Shown here: piece after piece, positions 22,627-34,467 of the stretch
Layout of the letters: the number at the start of each line of letters is the position of its first letter
Position numbering within the stretch: position 1 is the stretch's first letter
Source: Eledone cirrhosa
Taxonomy: Eukaryota
Length of the DNA: 64,000 bases
Reading direction: 5' to 3'
Assembly: GCA_964016885.1 (NCBI GenBank)
Contig: OZ024742.1
Coordinates: 307,644,001 to 307,708,000 of the forward strand
Made by a program: the position numbers and the translations under genes
Notes under the pieces: generated by a model
What the model was told of the DNA's origin: nothing
Seen by the model: the letters and a program-made list of their open reading frames with translations, nothing else
Database searches by the model: none

Positions 22627-25600
22627 ATGACCTCACTCAGAATAGGCAGCATAAATGCGCGTGGCTTGGGGTCGTCATGGAAGCAGGGTCACCTGCTCAA
22701 CGACCTCAGGTCACTAAACATAGATGTAGTGGCCATCAGCGAGACCAGAATCTCCGAAGCACGGGCCTTCGCACCGATCTTCGGCGGCTACGATGTGTAC
22801 GCATCTCCCAGCCGTCCTGGATCCGGTGGAGGAGTTGCTGTACTTTTTCGGAGAGGTTTGGATCTCGCCATACGGGCCATCTTCCTGGACCCAGAGGGTA
22901 AGCTGGTGGTGCTGGACGTGACCAGCGGAGACGGGCAAGCTTTCAGGCTAGTGGCCGTCTATGCCCCGACAGGAGCAGGGCGGCCTGATTTCTTCCGGCG
23001 TCTGGAGACCTTTCTTGGAACGTCCCGCTCTTTAGTGTTAGTGGGCGACTGGAACGGGATCTTAGATGCACGCTGGGACTGTGTGGGATTAGCGGATAGA
23101 GGTGGAGGGTGCAAGAGCCTCACCAACCTGCTCAGGCGTTTTGAACTGTCTGACAGGTACCGATTGGATTTCCCGAATGTGCCAATGTGGACTTGGACAA
23201 ACCGCATAGGGTCATCCAGATCATATCTAGATAGAGTATTTTGTAGGGAAATAGATAGGTCTAGCATAGGCTGTCCACAATTCAAGATAGTCAGCTACAC
23301 GGACCACAAATTCGTGACCTGTGTGCTTGACTTAGATAGGCTTCATAGACGAGGACCCGGCTACTGGAAGCTAAACGCGTCCTTACCAGCGCGCAAGGCC
23401 TACAGAGACCGGATTAGCGAACTAGTTAAGCGGGCGTTGACGGGGGCCATCGTCAACAACAAGTGGTGGTTTGCTCTGAAAAGAGCGATTAGAATAGAAT
23501 CGATTAGGTTTAGTAAGGCTTTAGCAATAGAGAAAAATAGAGCAGAGGGAGAACTAGTTAGAAAATTAGACGAGGCGCTTAGCAAAGGCATTGCGACCGA
23601 CGTGCTTGCGGCGAAATTGGCCCTTGACTAATTCTTCAATGCAAAGCACGAAGGCTGCGTTGTCAGAGCTAGGGTGCGTGCTCTCAGACACGAGGGGACG
23701 AAAGCCGTTCAATGGGCCCGAGTGGCGGAGGCGCGTCGTGGCAACAAAGCCACGATCCGGTCTTTGGTGGACCACGACGGGCGCATGCTACTCGATCCCG
23801 GGCAAATGTGTGAAGCTTTTCAGCGACACTTCGCTCAGCTGTTCGGGGGCAGCGGGGGGCCGGGTAGAGGGATGGACTTTAGTGTCTACCTCGACGGACT
23901 GCCGCGGCTCTCGGCCACTGAGGCGAAGTGTTGCGAAAAGCCGATAACAGCCGCTGAAGTACGGGAGGCAATGACTGGCTGCACAAGGGGTAAATCGCCT
24001 GGTTTGGATGGTCTGCCCTATGAACTTTACGTACAGATGCCAGACTTGTTCGGAGGCCTCTTGGCGGACGTCTACTGCAACTGGCAACAGAACGGGAGAA
24101 TTCCCAGTTCTGTGAGCCGAGGAGCGGTGGCACTGCTGAGAAAGGATCCGAACAAGGGGGATAACATAGACAATTTCCGGCCCATAACTCTGCTAAACAC
24201 AGAGTTTAAGATTTTGGCCAAGGTGCTAGCAAAGAGGTTGGCGCTTGTCGTTGGTGGTCTGGTGGGAGAGGCGCAGACATGCGCCATTCCCGACAGATCC
24301 ATCCACGACAACCTCCACCTCATGCGATACATCGTAGAGAGGGTAGCTAGGGAACCTGGCACGGGTGGGTCCTTGATCAATTTAGATCAGTCGAAAGCTT
24401 TCGATAGGGTCGACCATCGTTACCTAGCGGCAGTCCTGAGGGCGGCTGGCTTTGGGCCCGTCTTCAGAGGCTGGATCGCTGCCATGCACAGCGACATCTG
24501 CTCTGTGGTGAGAGTGAACGGTCACCTGTCGGAACCGTTCAACATCATGCGCTCGGTCCGCCAAGAATGTCCCCTCTCGTCCCTCTTGTACGTATTAACT
24601 CTCGAGCCATTACTGCACAAACTGGAGACGTTGAGGGGAGTCCCGCGCGAACTAGGATGCGGAAGATCCGTGTCAGCATATGCGGACGATGTCACCGTAG
24701 TGGTGTCGAACGCCAAACACATCGAGGCGATCGGCACTACACTAAGAGAATACGAAGCGGTGACAGGAGCAATGATCAACCAGGAAAAGTCAGTGGGCCT
24801 GCAGCTCGGCACCTGGAGAGGCAGGTCCATGCCGTCCAACAGCGTCGTCGGGCACTGGACGGACGGACCGGTTAAATTGCTAGGGGTCTGGTTCGGTCCG
24901 GACCTCCAGACGGACAAAAACTGGGACGAGGTGACGAGCAGGGTGGCTTCTCTCACCCAGAAATGGGCGGAGAGGAAGCTATCCCTGAAAGGTCGAGCGG
25001 AGGTGGCTAACGCGTACATCGCGTCTGTCATCTGCTACCGCCTAACCGTCGTACCTTGTCCTAAGCCTCGCCTGACTGCGCTGGAGCGTTTGCTCTTTCG
25101 CTTTTTGTGGAAGGGACGTGCTCCGATGGTCAGGCGGTCCATCTGTTGTCAACACCCGCTACGTGGAGGGCTGGGCATGCCGTGGCTGATGATGCGCAGG
25201 CACGCGCTCAGGCTACGACATCTCCACCTCTTCCTCGACGGTGATCAGGTGTGGTCGCCGTTTGCTAGACGCGTTTTTCCCCAGCTCGTTTCCTTGACGG
25301 AGCTGCAGTCCTGGGTCAAGCGAAGACCGAGAGGGAGCGCCTGGAGACTGGAATGTCTTCAGGCGCTCACAGCCCTCGACCAATCGGGCAATGTGATCGG
25401 TGGAAACTCCACCTCGGCGTTCTATAGAGGATTAGTGGAGGGGAAGAGCGACGACGTACTTGGGGAAACTCTAGGCGTCGACGAAAATCAACTAGCCAAT
25501 CTCTTCGGAAGAACTTTCGGGCCAGGGCCTATGGACAACTTCCAGAAATCTCTGGCCTGGCAGTGCTACCGAGGAGCCTTGCCAGTTCGGGATAAACTCT

Positions 25601-26046
25601 ACAGGCATGGAGGTGCCGTCAGCCGGGCATGTCCGAGATGCGCGCAGGGCGACGAAACCGTCCTGCACGCACTCGTCCAGTGTCCGAAAATTGCTGACTT
25701 GTGGGTTTATGTCGAACACCTGCTGTCGCGTTTAGGACGGATCCAGCTATCATCTGAGTCTATCGTGAGGATTGCCCCGCCCTCCTCCTTTAGCCGGGAA
25801 GGGCAGGCAGTTTTTATCTGTCTGGTGGCCATGGCGAAAGAGATAGTATGGTGGACACGTTTGAAAGGTCTGAAGACGAGCACTTACCTCTTCGGTGATG
25901 CTCTGATTGACTTTTTCAAATTTCATTTGAAAAGGAAAATCAGAGTAGAGAAGGAAGTGCTCTCTTCCCAGCATTTTGTTGAAAGATGGGTGAGAGAAGC
26001 AAGAATGGCCCGAGTGAATGGGCCGACTCTGAGTATATATCTGTAA
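22627..26046 (+). pseudogene. ORF2 APE endonuclease + RT + zinc finger with one premature stop (23629-23631)
   Basis: SINARG, ISET, VYAP, GDWN, SYLDR, TDH, PGYWKLN, KSPGLDG, FRPITLLN, LDQSKAFD, AYADD, CPRC..ETVLHALVQC. Has GAC-TAA where copy 2 has GAC-AAA, and QEC for QGC. Confidence 0.93.
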
Positions 26047-26306
26047 ACTAAAGGTGGAAAACTGGGAGAGGGCACTTGCCTTGGGGGTCAGGGTCATTGT
26101 GGCTTTTTACTGGGCTTTCTCCACAAATGTCCCTCCGAAGTCTCCCCCCTATTGGGGAATTTTTCATTGTTATTTTCATTGTTATTTTTGTTACATCCTC
26201 TGTTTTTGTTTTTTTACACGCAGAAATGCCCATTTGTACCGTCCTGCATTGTCCTGCACTGTCCTTAATGTCTACTTTATGTAAACCCTTGTCGTTAATA
26301 AAGAAA

Positions 26307-26347
<41 letters not shown>

Positions 26348-26564
26348 GGCGACCTACGTAGTAAATCGTATCATCGTGAGCTCCGCAAAGGTTTGTTATT
26401 TTCAGTTATTTAAAATTGCCATTTATGGAAAATTTTTATTGTTAACTATATATAAGTGCACATACATTGATTTCTGAAAAGGACCCTCAAAATTATTGGG
26501 GCCTTGATCCCAAAATTTAAACTTTTTATAATTATCAAACAAAAAAATTTTTATTTAAAAAATA

Positions 26565-28485
26565 ATGGATGACTCAGATTCACTCCTTCCTCACAATCCA
26601 ACACCTCACACCGACACCACCATTTTAAACATTGATACGTTTGCCAACACTGGAATTGTAAGCAGTAGCAATATTTTAAATTTGTCTCAGTCAGACGTTC
26701 ATTTCCCGCCATTACCAATGACTGCAGGTGTTAAAGCCGCCACTACCACCACCACCACCACCGTGACAACCCCCCCCCCACCCACCACCATAGCGACAAC
26801 AGAAACAAAAGAAAAAAAAATTAACTCATGATATCGAAATGAATTCAACCAAAATAAACTATTCCATACCGAACACCACTGACGCCACCACCACCACAAC
26901 TGAAACTAAAATTAACAATAGCAAAAATAACGATAATAACAACAGCAACAATGAAATTAAGAAAACTACCCTGAGTTTTGCCAGAGTAGCAAAAGCCTGC
27001 GAAGCGATTCAGGTAACTCAGGAAGAATTAGACGAAGCCAAAGGAATGGTAAAGAAAGATGGGTACAGGGTCAGCCTCACCCCCACCTAATAAAATGGAG
27101 CAACGTTGCCTATGCACCGTGTCTTATCGGACAATAAACATAAAATTGCGCCGAGTGGAACGGGCATCTGAGTCCCAAATCCAAAAAGCTTTGGGACATG
27201 TGTGGGCAAAAAAAACCCTCATCAGACGTGGGCAGAAGTATGGAACCCTGGACGTGTTCTTTGAAACACCACAGGAGGCCAGAGAACACTCTATGGCCCC
27301 ATTAAGAAGTGACGACTTCACACTCATCCCAAGCTATTGTGGCAAGAGACTTGTGAAGATCAGGGTGACCCACGTTCCACCGGCATCGAGGCCAACACCA
27401 AAATAATAGAAATACCAAAAGAAAAGCAGGAGAACTGGTCCGGATCTGGGATGCAGTTCCTGATCCAAGCGGACTATAAAAGCATTGAAGAGATCCCAGA
27501 GGTAATAGGCCTCACTGACGGCAGCCACCTCACCGTAATCGTTGAGGGCAGAAGACCTAGGTGTGTCGTTTGTGGTGAAGGAACCCACCTAAGGGCTTTC
27601 TGCCCTCAGGCTAAAAGGTTGAGGTCACCTCTCTTACCCACCCCAGTGACTCAACCATCAACACCACCAGCAGCAGAAATAGCAGCAACAACTGTAGCAG
27701 CAACAACAGAAGCAACTGTAACAGCAACAACCCCAGCAACAGTAGCAAAACCAACACCACCACCACCCAACGCCCCAGAACTAGCACTAACGCCTACACC
27801 ATCCACCACGCCACAACCAAAACCAACGCCTGTGGAGGATTTTCTACTCCCCGGCTTATCGCAACTGGAGACAGATTGTGACGACGAGGAGTGGGAAACG
27901 GTATCACGAAAAAAGAAAAAAAAAAGAAACCAAAAAAGAAAAAATTCTCTTCCTTCCCCCTCAAAAAACAAAATACAGAGGGAAACAAATAAACTAAGAA
28001 ACAAAAAAGTTAGGACAGATATGCCACCATCCACACCAGCATCACCAACCCCATCAACCCAAACACCAACACCATCACCATCATTAACCCCAACACCACC
28101 ATCACCTACACCACAAAAGTCACCAAAATGCGAAACAAACGCAACAAACCCACAACAAACGCAAACAAAACAAAACAACCAAAACGATAGACACTACACA
28201 GCATTAAATTTGAACAACAAGCAATTATTACACTACATCCAACACAACACCAGCATCACAGAAAAAGACTACACAACAACCCCAAAATTCACACCACCTC
28301 CACACATACAAATCACTCGCATCACACAGAAAACGTACATGACACTAAAAAAAAAATTCCCCAAAGACATCGGAGACTTCCGACAAGCACTCTCCAGGAG
28401 GATTTATAAGGACATCCTTCCTGAGGAGGCCACAAGCTGTGAAAAGGATGGAAAAACCGTCCTTCCTCTACGAGAAGTAAGGTAA
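26565..28485 (+). pseudogene. ORF1 type beta, interrupted by stops, frameshifts and a deletion
   Basis: SFARVAK, CTVSYRT..RRVERASESQIQKALG, PSYCG, knuckle CVVCGEGTHLRAFC. Homologous to but diverged from the copy 1 ORF1. Confidence 0.85.
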
Positions 28486-28519
28486 GTGGTCTTTCCCATC
28501 TTTTCCACTCCTTTTCAAC

Positions 28520-31500
28520 ATGACCTCACTCAGAATAGGCAGCATAAATGCGCGTGGCTTGGGGTCGTCATGGATGCAGGGCCACCTGCTCAACGACCTC
28601 AGGTCACTAAACATAGATGTAGTGGCCATCAGCGAGACCAGAATCTCCGAAGCACAGGCTTTCGCACCGATCTTCGGCGGCTACGATGTGTACGCATCTC
28701 CCAGCCGTCCGGGATCGGGGGGGGGGGAGGAGTTGCTGTGCTTTTTCGGAGAGGTTTGGATCTTGCCATACGGGCCATCTTCCTGGACCCAGAAGGTAAG
28801 TTGGTGGTGCTGGACGTGACCAGCGGAGACGGGTAAGCTTTCAGGTTAGTGGCCGTCTATGCCCCGACAGGAGCAGGGCGGCCTGATTTCTTCCGGCGTC
28901 TGGAGACCTTTCTTGGAACGTCCCGCTCTTTAGTGTTAGTGGGCGACTGGAACGGGATCTTAGATGCACGCTGGGATTGTGTGGTATTAGTGGATAGGGA
29001 AGGAGGGTGCAAGAGTCTCACCAACCTGCTCAGACGTTTTGAACTGTCTGACAGGTACCGAATGGATTTCCCGAATGTACCAATGTGGACTTGGACAAAT
29101 CGCATAGGGTCATCCAGATCATATCTAGATAGAGTATTTTGTAGGGAAATAGATAGGTCTAGCATAGGCTGTCCACAATTCAAGATAGTCAGCTACACGG
29201 ACCACAAATTCGTGATCTGATAGGCTCCATAGACGAGGACCCGGCTACTGGAAGCTAAACGCGTCCTTACCAGCGCGCAAGGCCTACAGAGACCGGATTA
29301 GCGAACTAGTTAAGCGGGCGTTGACGGGGGCCATCGTCAACAACAAATGGTGGTTTGCTCTGAAAAGAGCAATTAGAATAGAGTCCATTAGGTTTAGTAA
29401 GACTTTAGCAATAGAGAAAAATAGAGCAGAGGGAGAATTAGTTAGAAAATTAGATGAGGCGCTTAGCAAAGGCATCGCGACCGACGTACTTGCGGCGAAA
29501 TTGGCCCTTGACAAATTCTTCAATGCAAAGCACGAAGGCTGCGTTGTCAGAGCTAGGGTGCGTGCTCTCAGACACGAGGGGACAAAAGCCGTTCAATGGG
29601 CCCGAGTGGCGGAGGCGCGTCGTGGCAACAAAGCCACGATCCGGTCTTTGGTGGACCGGATCGAGGGATGGACTTTAGTGTCTACCTCGACGGACTGCCG
29701 CGGCTTTCGGCCACTGAGGCGGAGTGTTGCGAAAAGCCGATAACAACCGCTGAAGTACGGGATGCAATGACTAGTTGCACAAGGGGTAAATCGCCTGGTT
29801 TGGATGGTCTGCCCTATGAACTTTACGTACAAATGCCAAACTTGTTCGGAGGCCTCTTGGCGGACGTCTACTGCAACTGGCAACAGAACGGGAGAATTCC
29901 CAGCTCTGTGAGCCGAGGAGCGGTGGCGCTGCTGAGAAAGGATCCGAACAAGGGGGATAACATAGATAATTTTAGGCCCATAACTCTGCTAAACAAGATT
30001 TTGGCCAAGGTGCTAGCAAAGAGGTTGGCGCTTGTCGTTGGTGGTCTGATGGGAGAGGCACAGACATGCGCCATTCCCGACAGATCCATCCACGACAACC
30101 TCCACCTCATGCGATACATCGTAGAGAGGGTAGCTAGGGAACCTGGCACTGGTGGGTCTTGGATCAATTTAGATCAGTCGAAAGCCTTCGATAGGGTCGA
30201 CCATCGTTACCTAGCGGCAGTCCTGAGGGCGGCTGGCTTTGGGCCCGTCTTCAGAGGCTGGATCGCTGCCATGCACAGCGACATCTGCTCTGTAATGAGA
30301 GTGAACGGTCACCTTTCGGAACCGTTCAACATCATGCGCTCGGTCCGCCAAGGATGTCCCCTCTCGTCCCTATTGTACGTATTGACTCTCGAGCCATTAC
30401 TGCACAAACGGGAGACGTTGAGGGGGGTCCCGCGCGAACTAGGATGCGGCAGATCCGTGTCAGTATATGCCGACGATGTCACCGTAGTGGTGTCGAACGC
30501 CAAACACATCGAGGCGATCGGCACTACACTAAGAGAATACGAAGCGGTGACAGGAGCAATGATCAACCAGGAAAAGTCAGTGGGCCTGCAGCTCGGCACC
30601 TGGAGAGGCAGGTCCATGCCGTCCAACAGTGTCGTCGGGCGCTGGACGGACGGACCGGTTAAATTGCTAGGGGTCTGGTTCGGTCCAGACCTCCAGACGG
30701 ACAAAAACTGGGACGAGGTGACGAGCAGGGTGGCTTCTCTAACCCAGAAATGGGCCGAGAGGAAGCTATCCCTGAAAGGTCGAGCGGAGGTGGCGAATGC
30801 GTACATCGCATCCGTCATCTACTACCGCCTGACCGTCATATCTTGTCCTAAGCCTCGCCTGACTGCGCTGGAGCGTTTGCTCTTCCGCTTCTTGTGGAAG
30901 GGACGCGCTCCGATGGTCAGGCGGTCCATCTGCTGTCAACACCCGCTACGTGGAGGGCTGGGCATGCCGTGCCTGATGATGCGCAGACACGCGCTCAGGC
31001 TACGACATCTCCACCTCTTCCCCGACGGTGATCAGGTGTGGTCGCCGTTTGCTAGACACGTTTTTCCCCAGCTCGTCTCCTTGACGGAGCTGCAGTCCTG
31101 GGTCAAGCGAAGACCGAGAGGGAGCGCTTGGGGACGGGAATGTCTTCAGGCGCTCACAGCCCTCGACCAATCGGGCAATGTGATCGGTGGAAACTCCAAC
31201 TTGGCGTTCTATAGGGGATTAGTGGAGGGGAAGAGCGACGACGTACTTGGAGAAACTCTAGGCGTCGACGAAAATAAACTAGCCAATCTCTTCGGAAGGA
31301 CTTTCGGGCCGGGGCCTATGGACAACTACCAGAAATCCCTGGCCTGGCAGTGCTACCGAGGAGCTTTGCCAGTTTTGGATAAACTCTACAGGCATGGAGG
31401 TGCCGTCAGCCGGGCATGTCCGAGATGCGCGCAGGGCGACGAAACCGTCCTGCACGCACTCGTCCAGTGTCCGAGCATTGCTGACTTGTGGGTTTATGTC

Positions 31501-31833
31501 GAACACCTGCTGTCACGTGTAAGACGGATCCAGCTATCAGCTGAGTCCATCGTGAGGATTGCCCCGCCCCCTTCCTTTAGCCGGGAAGGGCAGGCAGTTT
31601 TTATCTGTCTGGTGGCCATGGCGAAAGAGATAGTATGGTGGACACGTTTGAAAGGGCTGAAGACGAGCACTTACCTCTTCGGTGATGCCCTGATTAACTT
31701 TTTCAAATTTCATTTGAAAAGGAAAATCAGGGTAGAGAGGGAAGTGCTCTCTTCCCAGCATTTTGTTGAAAGATGGGTGAGAGAAGCAAGTATGGCCCGA
31801 ATGAATGGGCCTTCTCTGAGTATGTGTCTGTAA
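28520..31833 (+). pseudogene. ORF2 (APE-RT), with frameshifts, a stop at ~28834 and deletions near 29218 and 29657
   Basis: ORF track fragments are collinear with the copy 1 ORF2; YADD present. Confidence 0.92.
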
Positions 31834-32076
31834 ATTAAAGGTGGAAAACTGGGAGAGGGCACTTGCCCTGGTGGTCAGGGCCACTGTGGTCTTTTAATGG
31901 GCTTTCTCCACAAATGTCCCTCCGAAGTCTCCCCCCTATTGGGGAAGTTTTCTTTGTTATTTTATTTCATCCTCTGTTTTTTTTACACGCAGAAATGCCC
32001 ATTTGTACCGTCCTGTATTGTCCTGTACTGTCCTTAATGTCTACTTTATGTAAACCCTTGTGGTTAATAAAGAAAA

Positions 32077-32116
<40 letters not shown>

Positions 32117-32334
32117 GAATGCTATGGTTGACGGAGGCTCGGCTCTGTAAGGTATTGTAAATTTTGAACACTATAACAATTGTAAATTGTTTAAAACTTT
32201 AACGAACTTGTAGACAAAAACACCCTCCTCCTCGTGAGAGGGGTCTTTCTGTCCGCTATTTGGCCCTTCGGGGTTAAATAACAGCTTATTGGGATTTTGT
32301 ACCCAATATTTATTTTAAACAAAAAAAAAACAAC

Positions 32335-34432
32335 ATGGCTACGAAAAAGAAATTTCATAGGTCACTCCCACTCATTCCATCTTCTTCTTCCTCAATCATC
32401 ACTACAGCAGAGAGAAGATTGTCTCTCTCCCTCCCTTCTTTAAATGTGTCTCTCTCCCTCCCTTCTCTTTCGCAAGCGACGAAAGAAAAGAAAAGTCTCG
32501 TGCAAAGCGTGCAAGGTTTCTCCACGACGACGACGACAGCGACGAAACACGTGTGCGGGAAATACGAAAATCCAGTTCATTCGTCTGACGTCAGGAATAA
32601 TAGCAGTAGCAGCCGTAATAACAACAGCAACAGTGACAATGAAAACAACAGTAGCAGCCGCAACAGCATCACCAGCAGCATAAACAACAACAGCATTAGC
32701 AGCAGCAACACCAACAACAACCACAGCAACAGCGGCGTAGGCAGTAGTCGTAGTACCTGCAGCAACAACAAAAGTACCAGCAGCTCTGACGACAACAACA
32801 ACAGCAGCAAAGAAAAACCAATCTCATTTGCAGGTATTGCGAAAAACTTGGAAACAATCCTCATAACAAATGAGGAATTAGAGGAAACGAAGAAGATGGT
32901 GACAACGACTGGACACCGAGCAATCTGCAAGGCAGCGGAAAATTTTTTCGAAACCCAACAGCACTGTACGGTCACGTACCGTACAGTAAGTACAAAATCC
33001 CGTAGGGTGGAAAGAGCCACAGAGGCTCAAATACAAAAACCCTTGGGGTCTGTGTGGCAGCGGAAAACGCACATCACCCGAGGCAAAAAATATGCCACCG
33101 TAGACGTACTTTTTGCCACACCCCAGGAGGCAAAGGCCCAATCCGTAGTGACCCTAAGGAGCGAGGACATGGTGTTGGTGCCCTCCTACTGCGGGCAAAA
33201 AATTGTGAGGGTCAAACTGACCCCCCCCCCCCGGGATGGCCCCTTCTTGGCTGGCCGCGTCTGTCCTCGTCGGAATCGAGGACAAAACAACTGTACTGCA
33301 AGTACAGAAAAAAGTAAGAGAAGATTGGGTCGGCACCTCCATTGAGATGCTAATCCAAACCAACCAGGAGTGCATCGAAGCTATCCCGGATGTGATAGAC
33401 TTCGATAACGGCACTCAACTGCCCATAAGTGTTGAGGGAAAACGCCCGAAATGCTTTCGCTGTGGATCGAAGACTCACCTCAGGGCCTTCTGCAACGAGA
33501 AGACCATGAGAAAGGAGAAAACCCCCCTCCTTCCGAAACCGGCTCCACGGCTACCAGCAACAGGACAAGCGGCAACCAGGAACGATAGGTCCGTGGCACC
33601 CATACCCACGCCACGGAAATCAAAAACAGCAGCAGCAGTGGAAATATTAACAACAACAACAGCAATACCAAATGCAGCTGCAACAGAGACTCCAGTGCAA
33701 ACATCACCAACAACAACAAGTGAAAGAGTGGAGCTGGTACCCCTCCCCGACCTCACAGAATCAGACATGGAGTGTGAGGTGGGAGAGAGATGGCAAAAGG
33801 TCGTAAGAAGGCACAAACGCAGAAGCAGCGCATCGTCGCCTTTGAAAAGGGAGGAAAGAAATGAGAAAAGGGTAAAGTCTACTGCAAAGAGACCCACAGC
33901 AGCAACACCACCAACACCATCACCACCCACACTAGCACCACCATCACCACCGGCGACAACCCCACCGCCAACAACACCTTCAACACCACCACCACAAGCA
34001 CCAACATCGCAAACACAACAACAAAACACACACACCCAGCAACAACGACAAGAAAATAGCAGAACCACACCCCACCCCCAGAAAAACAAATGCACGGCAA
34101 TAAATACACACAACAAGAAACTAATGACTTACATAATTGAACACACAAACATTTCACAGCACGACTACATAATACCAGCACCAATCAAAACGCCAACTAA
34201 CATAAGACTGCTAAAAATAGCACAGAAACAATACACAAACATTAAAACGAAATTCCCCAACGCAGTTGGTGATTTCAGGGACCTAGGAGGAACTTTCAAT
34301 CGAAGAGTATATTCAGACATTCTCATAGAAGAGCCGACGACCAGCCGAAGAGACGATTCAACGGTCCCTTCACCAGACGATCAAGTGAAAAGGGATGTAA
34401 AAACCATCCCTCCTCTACGAAAAGTACGGTAA
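32335..34432 (+). pseudogene. ORF1 alpha with frameshift at poly-C ~33221-33232
   Basis: Two ORF-track fragments match the copy 1 ORF1. Confidence 0.9.
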
Positions 34433-34467
34433 GTGGTCTTTCCCATCTTTTCCACTCTATTTTAAAC

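Larger units (their letters stand above)
20282..26347 (+). mobile_element. L1/Tx1-clade LINE copy 1 (full length, ORF1 type alpha)
   Basis: 5'UTR, ORF1, ORF2 and 3'UTR with AATAAA and a (TTA)n tail. Flanked by TTA tracts. Confidence 0.95.
26348..32116 (+). mobile_element. L1/Tx1-clade LINE copy 2 (different 5'UTR/ORF1, type beta; defective)
   Basis: ORF2 and 3'UTR are nearly identical to copy 1, while 26348-28460 is distinct. (TTA)n tail. Confidence 0.93.
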
